A stretch of 51,201 bases of DNA from a virus. Taxonomy: Duplodnaviria > Caudoviricetes. Below the pieces are notes generated by a model. It searched no databases. It was not told the DNA's origin and saw nothing but the letters and a program-made list of their open reading frames with translations. Shown one piece after another: positions 33,179 through 41,433 of the stretch. Each line of letters starts with the position of its first letter. The first letter of the stretch is position 1. The DNA lies in IMG/VR virus record IMGVR_UViG_3300030098_003235, positions 1-51,201 of that record; one strand, given 5' to 3'. Made by a program: the position numbers and the translations under genes.

Positions 33179-33520
33179 CTATACGTGTGAATATTTTTTT
33201 AATGCTTCTGTTAATCTATGTTTACGAGATTCTTCATGATTTATAAAATCTGGTTTCTCTTCATACGCAAGAGATTTATCATATTTATTAGAGTGTTTTC
33301 TAGGCGCATATTCCCTATTGCTTTTTTTACATAGCCCCATTCTTTCTTTTAATCCTAACACAGAATTTCTAGTAAGAAAAGCCTGTAATTCGTTTTTACA
33401 AATTTTATTAGCTTGTTTAGCAACTTCCCTAGAACTAAGCCCTTGTAAAATTAATTCTTTTACAACTTTTTTAGTATTTGGTGTATGTCTAAATTTGTGC
33501 ATTAGTTGTTTTCCATCCAT
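33179..33520 (-). CDS. GcrA-like HTH regulator
   Basis: EL..QGLSSREVAK...TRNSVLG...RMGL matches the GcrA N-terminal pattern G.SASQIA..LG.TRNAVIGK.HRLGL. Confidence 0.6.
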   Translation of the reverse strand: MDGKQLMHKFRHTPNTKKVVKELILQGLSSREVAKQANKICKNELQAFLTRNSVLGLKERMGLCKKSNREYAPRKHSNKYDKSLAYEEKPDFINHEESRKHRLTEALKKYSHV

Positions 33521-34008
33521 TCTGGTTTTTTAGAGTAGTTCCATCTGGCAAAACCAGATTTTTCTCCGATGTAAAAGGCCCGATAAGCACCTACAGTATC
33601 ATCTTGTTTATATTGATCGGGCATACATTGAGGTGGCGGCGTGAACCCTCCGACACCATCTATTTTTTTTGGAATATTTGCAAGAAAGCCAAGGAGTTTT
33701 TCAGAGGCGTGTACCTTTTCGTATCTTACACGATACTCGACACATAAACTACAAAACAAACTGTAGAGCCACTTATAATTAGGGCCGCTTTCTCTAGCCC
33801 ATATGCACGAGGGATGGTTTTTGTGTGCAATTTTATACACACCTAATTCATCAAGTTTTTGAGAGAAGAAATCTTGTTCTGCTTCTTTTTGACACCGCCA
33901 TGCGGTAGACAACATTTGTGCTGATTCGAGAATCATCTTTACAACGTGTTTGTCACAGTGATAGTTTGCCGCTATAACTGGGTTAGAAGATAAGTAAAAT
34001 ATATTCAT
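33502..34008 (-). CDS. Pyrimidine-dimer DNA glycosylase (DenV-like) family protein
   Basis: MNIFYL..P..AA..HCDKHVVKMILESAQML, HKNHP..W.R.S..NY.WL, PQCMP motifs; start reassigned to ATG 34008. Confidence 0.7.
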   Translation of the reverse strand: MNIFYLSSNPVIAANYHCDKHVVKMILESAQMLSTAWRCQKEAEQDFFSQKLDELGVYKIAHKNHPSCIWARESGPNYKWLYSLFCSLCVEYRVRYEKVHASEKLLGFLANIPKKIDGVGGFTPPPQCMPDQYKQDDTVGAYRAFYIGEKSGFARWNYSKKPEWMENN

Positions 34009-34047
34009 GGGCCAGAGGACTTCTTGGATTGTTAAAAACAGAAATCG

Positions 34048-34076
34048 ACTATAGGGCATAAAAAAATAGTTGTCAA
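34048..34076 (-). promoter_or_regulatory. Sigma70 promoter for the early block
   Basis: TTGACA-17 nt-TATAGT. Confidence 0.75.
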
Positions 34077-34089
34077 CAAAAAAAATATC

Positions 34090-34118
34090 TTGACGTAATT
34101 TTTCTTGTGTGATACAAG
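34090..34118 (+). promoter_or_regulatory. Putative promoter for the replication arm
   Basis: TTGACG-17 nt-TACAAG with extended -10 TG. Confidence 0.55.
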
Positions 34119-34156
34119 GTTGGTTTATCAGCCCGAAACAAAGGTTTTTATAAACT

Positions 34157-34975
34157 ATGAATAATAATATAATATCTTATATTAATACTATTAATATTAA
34201 TAAAGAAGAATCTATTAGAATAGATTGTCCTATATGTAATGGTATAAATAGTTTATCTATTACTAATTTTGGTGATGTTACTAAGTTTAATTGTTTTAAA
34301 GCATCTTGTAACGTAAAGGGTACATATAAGAATGATATATCTTCTGAATCATTTTCTAAGACTTATGATAATGAAACTACTGATTATAAAAATTCTAGGG
34401 GGAATAGTTATTCGCCACAGGCTAAGAAAGTTTTACAGAGATATTGGAGAGGTAATGACTTCCCCATTGAACTTGTCAATTATCTTAATAATAATAACTG
34501 TTTGTTCGCTTATCAAAACAATTCAGCAGACATAAGATATGATTATCAAAAAAATAGGGCAGTATTTGTTATCAAAAATAGTAGAAATGAGGTTATAGAT
34601 GCCGCAGGTAGAGCATTAGATAACGCTTCTACACCTAAATGGTACAGATATGGTAGTAGTCGTATGCCTTACATATGCGGAAATACCAAATGTAAACACG
34701 CTGTAGTAGTAGAAGATTGTGCTTCTGCAACAGCTATATCACATTACGTAACAGGTGTAGCGTTGTTAGGTACTCATTTAACAGAAGAAGCGGAACAGAT
34801 ATTATGTGATAAGTTTGACAAAGTTTCTGTAGCTTTAGACAAAGATGCTACAATGAAAAGCATATCACTTATAAATAAATTGAAATGGAATATAAATAAC
34901 GTTAATGTCATAGTCTTAGAAAGAGACTTAAAAATTGAAAACAACATAAAAGGAGTTTTAAAACTCGATGATTGA
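34157..34975 (+). CDS. DNA primase (Zn finger + TOPRIM)
   Basis: CPIC...CFKASC, GRAL..PKW.RY, VVVED, ALLGT, ALDKDA. Confidence 0.9.
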   Translation: MNNNIISYINTININKEESIRIDCPICNGINSLSITNFGDVTKFNCFKASCNVKGTYKNDISSESFSKTYDNETTDYKNSRGNSYSPQAKKVLQRYWRGNDFPIELVNYLNNNNCLFAYQNNSADIRYDYQKNRAVFVIKNSRNEVIDAAGRALDNASTPKWYRYGSSRMPYICGNTKCKHAVVVEDCASATAISHYVTGVALLGTHLTEEAEQILCDKFDKVSVALDKDATMKSISLINKLKWNINNVNVIVLERDLKIENNIKGVLKLDD

Positions 34976-36158
34976 AAAACAAATACTTAAATTATCTTTA
35001 AACAATGAAACATACAACAAGATAGCGCACCTCTTAAAAAAAAGTAACTTTCCTAAAGAGGTAGTAACTATACTTGAAGTAATAGGTCAATGCCATAAGG
35101 ATTACGCACGAGATATAACAACAGAAGAAGTTCTAGCTGTTCATAGGGAAAAGTATCCTACGTTAACTGATACAGCCAGAAAAAAAGTAGAAAGAGATAT
35201 AGTTTCTCTTGATAAAATAAACATAGGTGATGATGTAGCTCTAGATGTTATACATTCTTTTTGGAAAAGAACAAAAGCTAAATCTATTGGAGAAGATGCA
35301 TTAGAAATTTATTTAGGTAATAAAAAAGATATAGGCGGCTTGTTACGTAACATAAACGAACTTAATGAAAATGATACAAGAATATCTGAAACGTATAAGG
35401 TTGTCGATGATGACATTGAGGATCTATTAAAATATGTTAACGAAAAGCCTGAGTTTGATTTTCCTCCTAGGATACAGCCTAGTGTGCATGGTATAAACAG
35501 AGGAAACCTTGGTATAATATTTGCAAGACCAGAAGCTGGTAAGACAACGTTTTGTGCTTGGCTTGCCGCAAACTACATAAGCAAAGGTTACAAAGTTGCT
35601 TATTGGGCTAATGAAGAAATAGCTAAAGTTGTAAAAACTAGAATAGTTCTTTCTTATATGAGAAAAAGCCCTGCTGAAGCAAAAGAAAGTATGAATGAAG
35701 TTAAGAACAAGTTTGTAAACGAAATTAGACCTAACCTATATATGCTTGATTCTGTAGGGACTTCCATACAGGAGATAGAGGAGTTTACAACTCGTAACGA
35801 AGTTGATATAGTATTCATTGACCAGCTTGACAAAGTGCGTATAGATGCAGAGTTCTCACGTGGTGATGAGAGGTTGAAAGAGTTGTACTGTCGTGCCAGA
35901 GAGATTGCCAAGAGAAATAACGTAGCTGTATGGGCTGTATCACAAGCGAACTACGAAGCACATGGAAGATCAGAGATAGACTATTCTATGTTAGATAGTT
36001 CACGTACAGGAAAAGCAGGAGAAGCTGATATTATAGTAGGTATAGGTATTGCTGAAGAAGAGAGCTATAGAACAATTAAAATATCTAAGAACAAGATAAA
36101 TGGCTGGCATGGTTCTATAGTTATGTACATGGATAGAGAAAGGGTGTTATACGAATGA
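34968..36158 (+). CDS. Replicative helicase (DnaB/SF4-like)
   Basis: ARPEAGKT Walker A, IVFIDQLD, VSQA, SRTGKAGEAD, KNK. Confidence 0.92.
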   Translation: MIEKQILKLSLNNETYNKIAHLLKKSNFPKEVVTILEVIGQCHKDYARDITTEEVLAVHREKYPTLTDTARKKVERDIVSLDKINIGDDVALDVIHSFWKRTKAKSIGEDALEIYLGNKKDIGGLLRNINELNENDTRISETYKVVDDDIEDLLKYVNEKPEFDFPPRIQPSVHGINRGNLGIIFARPEAGKTTFCAWLAANYISKGYKVAYWANEEIAKVVKTRIVLSYMRKSPAEAKESMNEVKNKFVNEIRPNLYMLDSVGTSIQEIEEFTTRNEVDIVFIDQLDKVRIDAEFSRGDERLKELYCRAREIAKRNNVAVWAVSQANYEAHGRSEIDYSMLDSSRTGKAGEADIIVGIGIAEEESYRTIKISKNKINGWHGSIVMYMDRERVLYE

Positions 36159-38272
36159 CTACAGTTTGTTTTCTTGATGTAGAAACCTCTTTTTCAAAAA
36201 CGGATATAGGCACAGTTTCCTCACCTTTCTTTGGGCAACAGCTTGTATCTGTAGGTTTCCAACTGTGGAATATGGAGCCGCCTTTTGGCCCCCATAAGAT
36301 AGAAAACCATTATCTATTTTTTAATCACAACTCTGCACCTTATTTTTCTGATGGGCATGAGGTTTTACAAAACGCTCTTGATAAGACTGACATTCTTGTG
36401 GGCCACAACATTAAGTTCGACTTAACGTGGCTAAGAGAGTGCGGTTTTAAGTACAGCAAAAAGCTATACTGCACTATGGTTTCTGAGTACGTTCTTCTTA
36501 GAAGTAAAAAACTTCCCCTATCTCTTGCTGAGTGTTGTAAGCGCAGAGGCATACAGGAAAAGAACGCACATATATTAGATGAATATATATCTAAAGATGT
36601 TTCGTTTGAGGACATACCCCCAGAGATTGTAGAAGAGTATGGCTCAAATGATGTTGAGATAGCCAAGCTACTTGCAGAACACCAACTAAAAAGTTTTAAT
36701 TTTTCTTGGAAAGACTATCATCTTAATAATATTAAACCTGATAGCGAGTTGGGCTTGATGTCTACACTTACTCTAAGTAATGAGCTTACAAATGTTCTTA
36801 CGGATGTAGAGAGAAGGGGCATTAAAATATCTAATGAAAATCTACAAAAGATTAAGATTGCATACCAAAAAGAATGGGCAACTCTTGAACATGATCTACA
36901 AAAAATCATTGAGGAAGTTATGGGAGACACACCTATAAACTTAGAAAGCCCTGATGATAGAAGTCTACTTGTATATTCCAGAAAAGTTACAGATAAAAAG
37001 GCATGGAAAGAAGCATTTAATTTAGGTTGGGAAGTTAATGGTAATACAAAACGCCAGAAGTTTCGTAGAAGAATGTCACGTAGAATATTTGTTGACATTG
37101 TAAAGAACCTTGCGCCTGTACAGCGTAAAACAAGAGGAAAACCTTGCGACCACTGTGGGGGAAAAGGAAAGATACGGTCTTACACAAAATCAGGTGTCCT
37201 TAGTAAAGTACAGAAAACTTGCAAGAAGTGTGGCGGTAAAGGTGTTCTATATGATACGTTACAGCAACCAGCAGGTTTGAAAGTTGTTCCAAGGGATCAA
37301 CATGATGTTGCCTCTGCAGGTTTTAAAACAGATAAGCAGACTTTGATGAGTTTACTTCCTTATCAAGAAGGAATTGCAAAAGAGTTTATAGATAAGTATG
37401 TAAGGTACTCACAAGTTCGCACATACTTAAATACTTTTGTTGAGTCTCTTGAAACTTATCAAGATGAAGAATGTTTTATTCATCCTCAATTTATGCAGTG
37501 TGTTACTTCTACAGGTAGGCTTAGTTCTCGCGCACCTAACTTTCAAAATATGCCTAGAGGCTCTACATTTCCTGCGAGAGAAGCTATTGTGTCTCGTTTT
37601 GATGGTGGTTATATTTTAGAAGGAGACTACAGACAACTAGAGTTTAGAGTTGCAGGATTTTTATCAGGTGACGAACAAATATATGAGGATGTAAAAAATG
37701 GAATTGATGTTCATTCTTATACTGCCAATATCATGGGGGTTGACAGACAGTCAGCCAAATCACATACGTTTAAACCTTTGTACGGTGGAACGAAGGGAAC
37801 AAGGCAGGAGATGCGTTACTACGATGCCTTTAAAACTAAATACAGCGGTGTTACCTCATGGCATGAAAGATTACAAAGAGAAGCAGTAAATAAGAAAAAA
37901 GTAACTCTTCCATCTGGGAGAGAATACAGCTTTCCTAACGCAAAGTTTAACAGGTTTGGTGTTGCAACAGGTGCAACAGCTATCAAAAACTATCCTGTAC
38001 AGGGGTTTGCTACTGCGGATATTCTTCCTCTTTCATTAATTAATCTACATAAAAAACTTGACAATTATAAAAGTGTTGTTATAAATACGGTTCACGACTC
38101 TATTGTTGTTGATGTTCATCCAAAAGAAAAAGATGAAATAATACAGCTACTAAGAGATTCTATGTTATCAATTAAAGATGAATGTTCTAAACGTTATTTA
38201 ATTGATTTTGATATGCCTATTGACATAGAATTAAAAATAGGCTATGATTGGTTAAATCTGAAGGAGATTTAA
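36155..38272 (+). CDS. polA: Family A DNA polymerase with 3'-5' exonuclease and inserted DnaJ-type zinc finger
   Basis: LDVET, GHNIKFD, TGRLSS..PNFQN, DYRQLEFR, RQSAKSHTFKPLYG, NYPVQG, VHDS; CDHCGGKG and CKKCGGKG. Confidence 0.96.
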   Translation: MTTVCFLDVETSFSKTDIGTVSSPFFGQQLVSVGFQLWNMEPPFGPHKIENHYLFFNHNSAPYFSDGHEVLQNALDKTDILVGHNIKFDLTWLRECGFKYSKKLYCTMVSEYVLLRSKKLPLSLAECCKRRGIQEKNAHILDEYISKDVSFEDIPPEIVEEYGSNDVEIAKLLAEHQLKSFNFSWKDYHLNNIKPDSELGLMSTLTLSNELTNVLTDVERRGIKISNENLQKIKIAYQKEWATLEHDLQKIIEEVMGDTPINLESPDDRSLLVYSRKVTDKKAWKEAFNLGWEVNGNTKRQKFRRRMSRRIFVDIVKNLAPVQRKTRGKPCDHCGGKGKIRSYTKSGVLSKVQKTCKKCGGKGVLYDTLQQPAGLKVVPRDQHDVASAGFKTDKQTLMSLLPYQEGIAKEFIDKYVRYSQVRTYLNTFVESLETYQDEECFIHPQFMQCVTSTGRLSSRAPNFQNMPRGSTFPAREAIVSRFDGGYILEGDYRQLEFRVAGFLSGDEQIYEDVKNGIDVHSYTANIMGVDRQSAKSHTFKPLYGGTKGTRQEMRYYDAFKTKYSGVTSWHERLQREAVNKKKVTLPSGREYSFPNAKFNRFGVATGATAIKNYPVQGFATADILPLSLINLHKKLDNYKSVVINTVHDSIVVDVHPKEKDEIIQLLRDSMLSIKDECSKRYLIDFDMPIDIELKIGYDWLNLKEI

Positions 38273-38278
38273 AAACCT

Positions 38279-39112
38279 ATGACTGATACAAACTTAACAA
38301 CTGTTGAAGATTTAAATAGTATAAGCACAGAAAATCTTGCTGCCATGATGGGCCAAGTAGGTTTGGGTAAACCAGTAAACGCAGGTATACCTAGGCTTGC
38401 CATTGAACAGATGGCAGAAAATGATGAAGGTGAGCGTTTACCAAAAGGTAACATCAGGTTACGTGTTGATGGCGTTGACTATTACTTTGATAAAGATCCT
38501 CTTGTGCGTTTATATGCAAGGTATTTTGCTTACGATGCGTTTAATGCAGAGAACCCCAAAGAAAGTCCAAGAACAGTGATGAAGCCATCGCTGAAGGATG
38601 ACTTTCCTGACTCAAAGGGGGGAAACAAGTGTGGCAAACTTTCTGCACAGGAAGTCGATGCTTTACCTAAAGACTCTAGTTTACTAGCGGCACAAAAAGC
38701 GATTAAATGTACACAAATAGTTTATGGCTATGTGCATAGCGGAACTGCAAAAACTATTGAAGGTCAAGAACAGGACATGAGTGGTACACCTTTTGTATGG
38801 TCTGTGCGTGGCTCTGCTTTTCAACCTATATGGAATTACATAGGTAAACTTGGACAAAAGACTATAATGTTTTCAAGAGTTATTGAAATTAAGACCAAGC
38901 GTAATAAGATGGGTTCAGTAACTTATTTTACACCAGAACTTGAAGACATAGAAACTTTGCCTCTTAATGATGATGATGTTGGGCGTATCAATACGATTAT
39001 GGAAGATATTAAGAAGTATAATGATCGTATTGTTTCACAACATAAGGAGCATTTAAAAGATAAATTAACTTCTTCTGAATTTGATGTTAGTGACAGTTTG
39101 GAAGTTGCCTAG
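38279..39112 (+). CDS. Putative single-stranded DNA-binding protein
   Basis: 277 aa between polymerase and exonuclease; acidic end; call is mainly positional. Confidence 0.5.
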   Translation: MTDTNLTTVEDLNSISTENLAAMMGQVGLGKPVNAGIPRLAIEQMAENDEGERLPKGNIRLRVDGVDYYFDKDPLVRLYARYFAYDAFNAENPKESPRTVMKPSLKDDFPDSKGGNKCGKLSAQEVDALPKDSSLLAAQKAIKCTQIVYGYVHSGTAKTIEGQEQDMSGTPFVWSVRGSAFQPIWNYIGKLGQKTIMFSRVIEIKTKRNKMGSVTYFTPELEDIETLPLNDDDVGRINTIMEDIKKYNDRIVSQHKEHLKDKLTSSEFDVSDSLEVA

Positions 39113-40008
39113 TGTCTTTACTTTTAAATCAAGTAAAGATATTTCTTGAGTCTGCGGCAAGGGGGAAGTCTAAAGGGATTTCCCCCGAACTCATACATGA
39201 ATTTAAAGAGTCGTGCGGTCAAGCACTTGAAAAACAATTTAATCAAGAGAATGTAAAAAGAATACGTATGTCTGCGTTGGGCAAGCCTTTGTGCCAACAA
39301 CAGATGGACATAAACTCTGATGCAGAGGAAGAAGTAGATTATACTCTGCTTATGAAGTTTCTCATGGGAGACTTGCTTGAAGCGTTAGCTATAGCGATTA
39401 TGAAGTCTGCTGGTGTTAACATAGAAAGTGAACAAGAGTCTGTAAATATTAAATTTAGTAAGGATGGAAAAAAGTTTGATAAAGTAACTGGCACTTATGA
39501 TGTGAAGATTGATGGTAAAGTTTATGATATTAAAACTGCATCACCTGCCGCATTTAACACAAAGTTTAGTAGCTTTGGTGGGTATACAAAAATAAAAGAG
39601 GATGATCCTTTTGGGTATATAATGCAAGGGTATCTTTACTCGGAAGCGTCTGGCAGTCCTTTTGGGGGATGGATAGCGATAAATAAAGCTACAGGTGAAT
39701 GGTCTGTATGCGAAACACCTGACATTACAGACAAAGATAAACAGGAAGCTCTTGATCTAGCAAAAAGTAATTTGTATAAGTTGTTAGATAAAAAACCATT
39801 TAAAAAATGTTTTAAGGATACAGTTGAAGTTGTTAAAAAACAAGGGCAACAAATAACTACAGGAAACAAACTTCTGCCTAAAAACTGTTCCTATTGTGGT
39901 TACAGAAAACATTGCTGGCCTAAATCGTCTTATGAAAGAAAGCCTTCCATACGAGAAGACTCCAAGGCCCACGCTTGGTACTCAGACTACATAACATCGG
40001 ATCTATAA
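39112..40008 (+). CDS. PD-(D/E)XK exonuclease (Cas4-like)
   Basis: RMSALGKPLCQ, GTYD..IDG..YDIKTAS, DDPFGY..Q..Y, CSYC..C. Confidence 0.85.
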   Translation: MSLLLNQVKIFLESAARGKSKGISPELIHEFKESCGQALEKQFNQENVKRIRMSALGKPLCQQQMDINSDAEEEVDYTLLMKFLMGDLLEALAIAIMKSAGVNIESEQESVNIKFSKDGKKFDKVTGTYDVKIDGKVYDIKTASPAAFNTKFSSFGGYTKIKEDDPFGYIMQGYLYSEASGSPFGGWIAINKATGEWSVCETPDITDKDKQEALDLAKSNLYKLLDKKPFKKCFKDTVEVVKKQGQQITTGNKLLPKNCSYCGYRKHCWPKSSYERKPSIREDSKAHAWYSDYITSDL

Positions 40009-40009
40009 T

Positions 40010-40444
40010 ATGCCATTGTATTTAACAGATAGAATATCTGAATTTGATATTGAACAAAATGATAGTGCTTATTTTGTATACTTTGATTCAATACGTCGAG
40101 ATAACAACAATGTTGCTACTCTTAGACTAAGAGATAAACATAACGGTGTGCCTATAGTCTATAGACATAATATGTCTGAAAATGGAAACTGGTCTTTGGA
40201 TAAATTTAAACTTGGTCAAGGCGACGTTGAACCTTCTATAGAGTTCAATAATTGTTTGGCTAAATTTAGTTCGCTTATATTGGAGAATAAACTTGTTGTG
40301 TTTCCTATGCACTCTTTTAATGTTATATTACATGGAATGTATTCGGATGTCAGTAATATATATAGAAAAGAAATAGAAAAAATTATTTCAAAATCATTAG
40401 CAAAGAAAGACTTTGTAAGTCATGCGTTATCGTTCAAGATTTGA
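40010..40444 (+). CDS. Hypothetical protein
   Basis: 144-aa ORF in the operon. Confidence 0.6.
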   Translation: MPLYLTDRISEFDIEQNDSAYFVYFDSIRRDNNNVATLRLRDKHNGVPIVYRHNMSENGNWSLDKFKLGQGDVEPSIEFNNCLAKFSSLILENKLVVFPMHSFNVILHGMYSDVSNIYRKEIEKIISKSLAKKDFVSHALSFKI

Positions 40445-40784
40445 AGCAGAAATAGCGAGAGCTTTATACGATAGAAATATAGACTTTACATATGAACCAG
40501 ATAAGATACCCTATCAACCAAAACCTAAAGTGTATATTCCAGATTTTTATGTTCCTGATAATAATTTTTACATTGAAGTTAAGGGAAGACTTTTTAGATC
40601 AGACAGAGTAAAACATACTTTAATAAAAGAGCAACACCCAGATTTAGAGGTAAAATTTCTTTTTCAAAATGCCAACCAAAAAATTTATAAAGGTTCTAAA
40701 ACTACTTACGCTGATTGGGCCGTTAAAAACGGTTTTGAATGGTCAGAGAGAGCAATACGAAAGGAATGGTTTAATGGAAGATGA
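40422..40784 (+). CDS. Endonuclease I-like Holliday junction resolvase (T7 gp3-like)
   Basis: YRSRFE, Y.PDF, IEVKG, K.SKTTYADWA.K.GF.W. Confidence 0.9.
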   Translation: MRYRSRFEAEIARALYDRNIDFTYEPDKIPYQPKPKVYIPDFYVPDNNFYIEVKGRLFRSDRVKHTLIKEQHPDLEVKFLFQNANQKIYKGSKTTYADWAVKNGFEWSERAIRKEWFNGR

Positions 40785-41127
40785 TGAAAACAAAATAGTA
40801 CCCCTGTTTGAAGACGAACAAAGAAATATCGCTATGGAATCAATGCAACTTGCAGAAGATAGGCTGTATATAGTTCTTCATGCCAAAGATGATGACAACG
40901 TGTCTTTACGAATGTACGACACAACAGATAGCGAAGACGTAACAGGGGCGCACGTTCTTCTTCATGGCTTGATGTACTTACTTGACAATAAATATGATGA
41001 AGTTGTAAACTATGGGCATGAAGCAATAGTAGAAAGTCTTGCGTATTTTGAAGAAGAAGAAGAAGATTTTAATGTTAAAAATATATCGGACAATGTAGTG
41101 AGTGTAAAATTTAGTAAGGATAATTAA
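40774..41127 (+). CDS. Acidic hypothetical protein
   Basis: Likely start MEDDENK at 40774; ends NVVSVKF. Confidence 0.6.
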   Translation: MEDDENKIVPLFEDEQRNIAMESMQLAEDRLYIVLHAKDDDNVSLRMYDTTDSEDVTGAHVLLHGLMYLLDNKYDEVVNYGHEAIVESLAYFEEEEEDFNVKNISDNVVSVKFSKDN

Positions 41128-41433
41128 ATGCCAAACGATTACCATTATCTTGAGCGAGAAGATAGAGATACGTACATAGTGAGAAGAATGAGAGAAGAGA
41201 AAAACAAAACTTTAGAAAGTCAAGTTGGGGGAGATCACTATAAGAAATGTTCCATACAACCTGTAGAATACATTCACGCAAATGATTTAGATTATTTTGA
41301 GGGTAATGTTATTAAGTACATTACTAGACACAGAGCAAAGGGAGAAGGTCGTAAAGACGTAGAAAAAGCTATTCACTATGCTCAATTAATATTAGCACTA
41401 CATTATAATGAGGGGGAAGTAAAAAATGGCTAA
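41128..41433 (+). CDS. DUF3310 protein (T7 gp1.7-like nucleotide kinase family)
   Basis: QVGGDHY...IQP.EY......FEGNVIKY..R...K...DVEKA..Y. Confidence 0.85.
   Translation: MPNDYHYLEREDRDTYIVRRMREEKNKTLESQVGGDHYKKCSIQPVEYIHANDLDYFEGNVIKYITRHRAKGEGRKDVEKAIHYAQLILALHYNEGEVKNG

Noticed and set aside
38058-38085. TTGACA-16-TATAAA inside the polA 3' end
   Set aside because: Could drive the SSB-like gene, but spacing is suboptimal and such matches are common in AT-rich coding DNA
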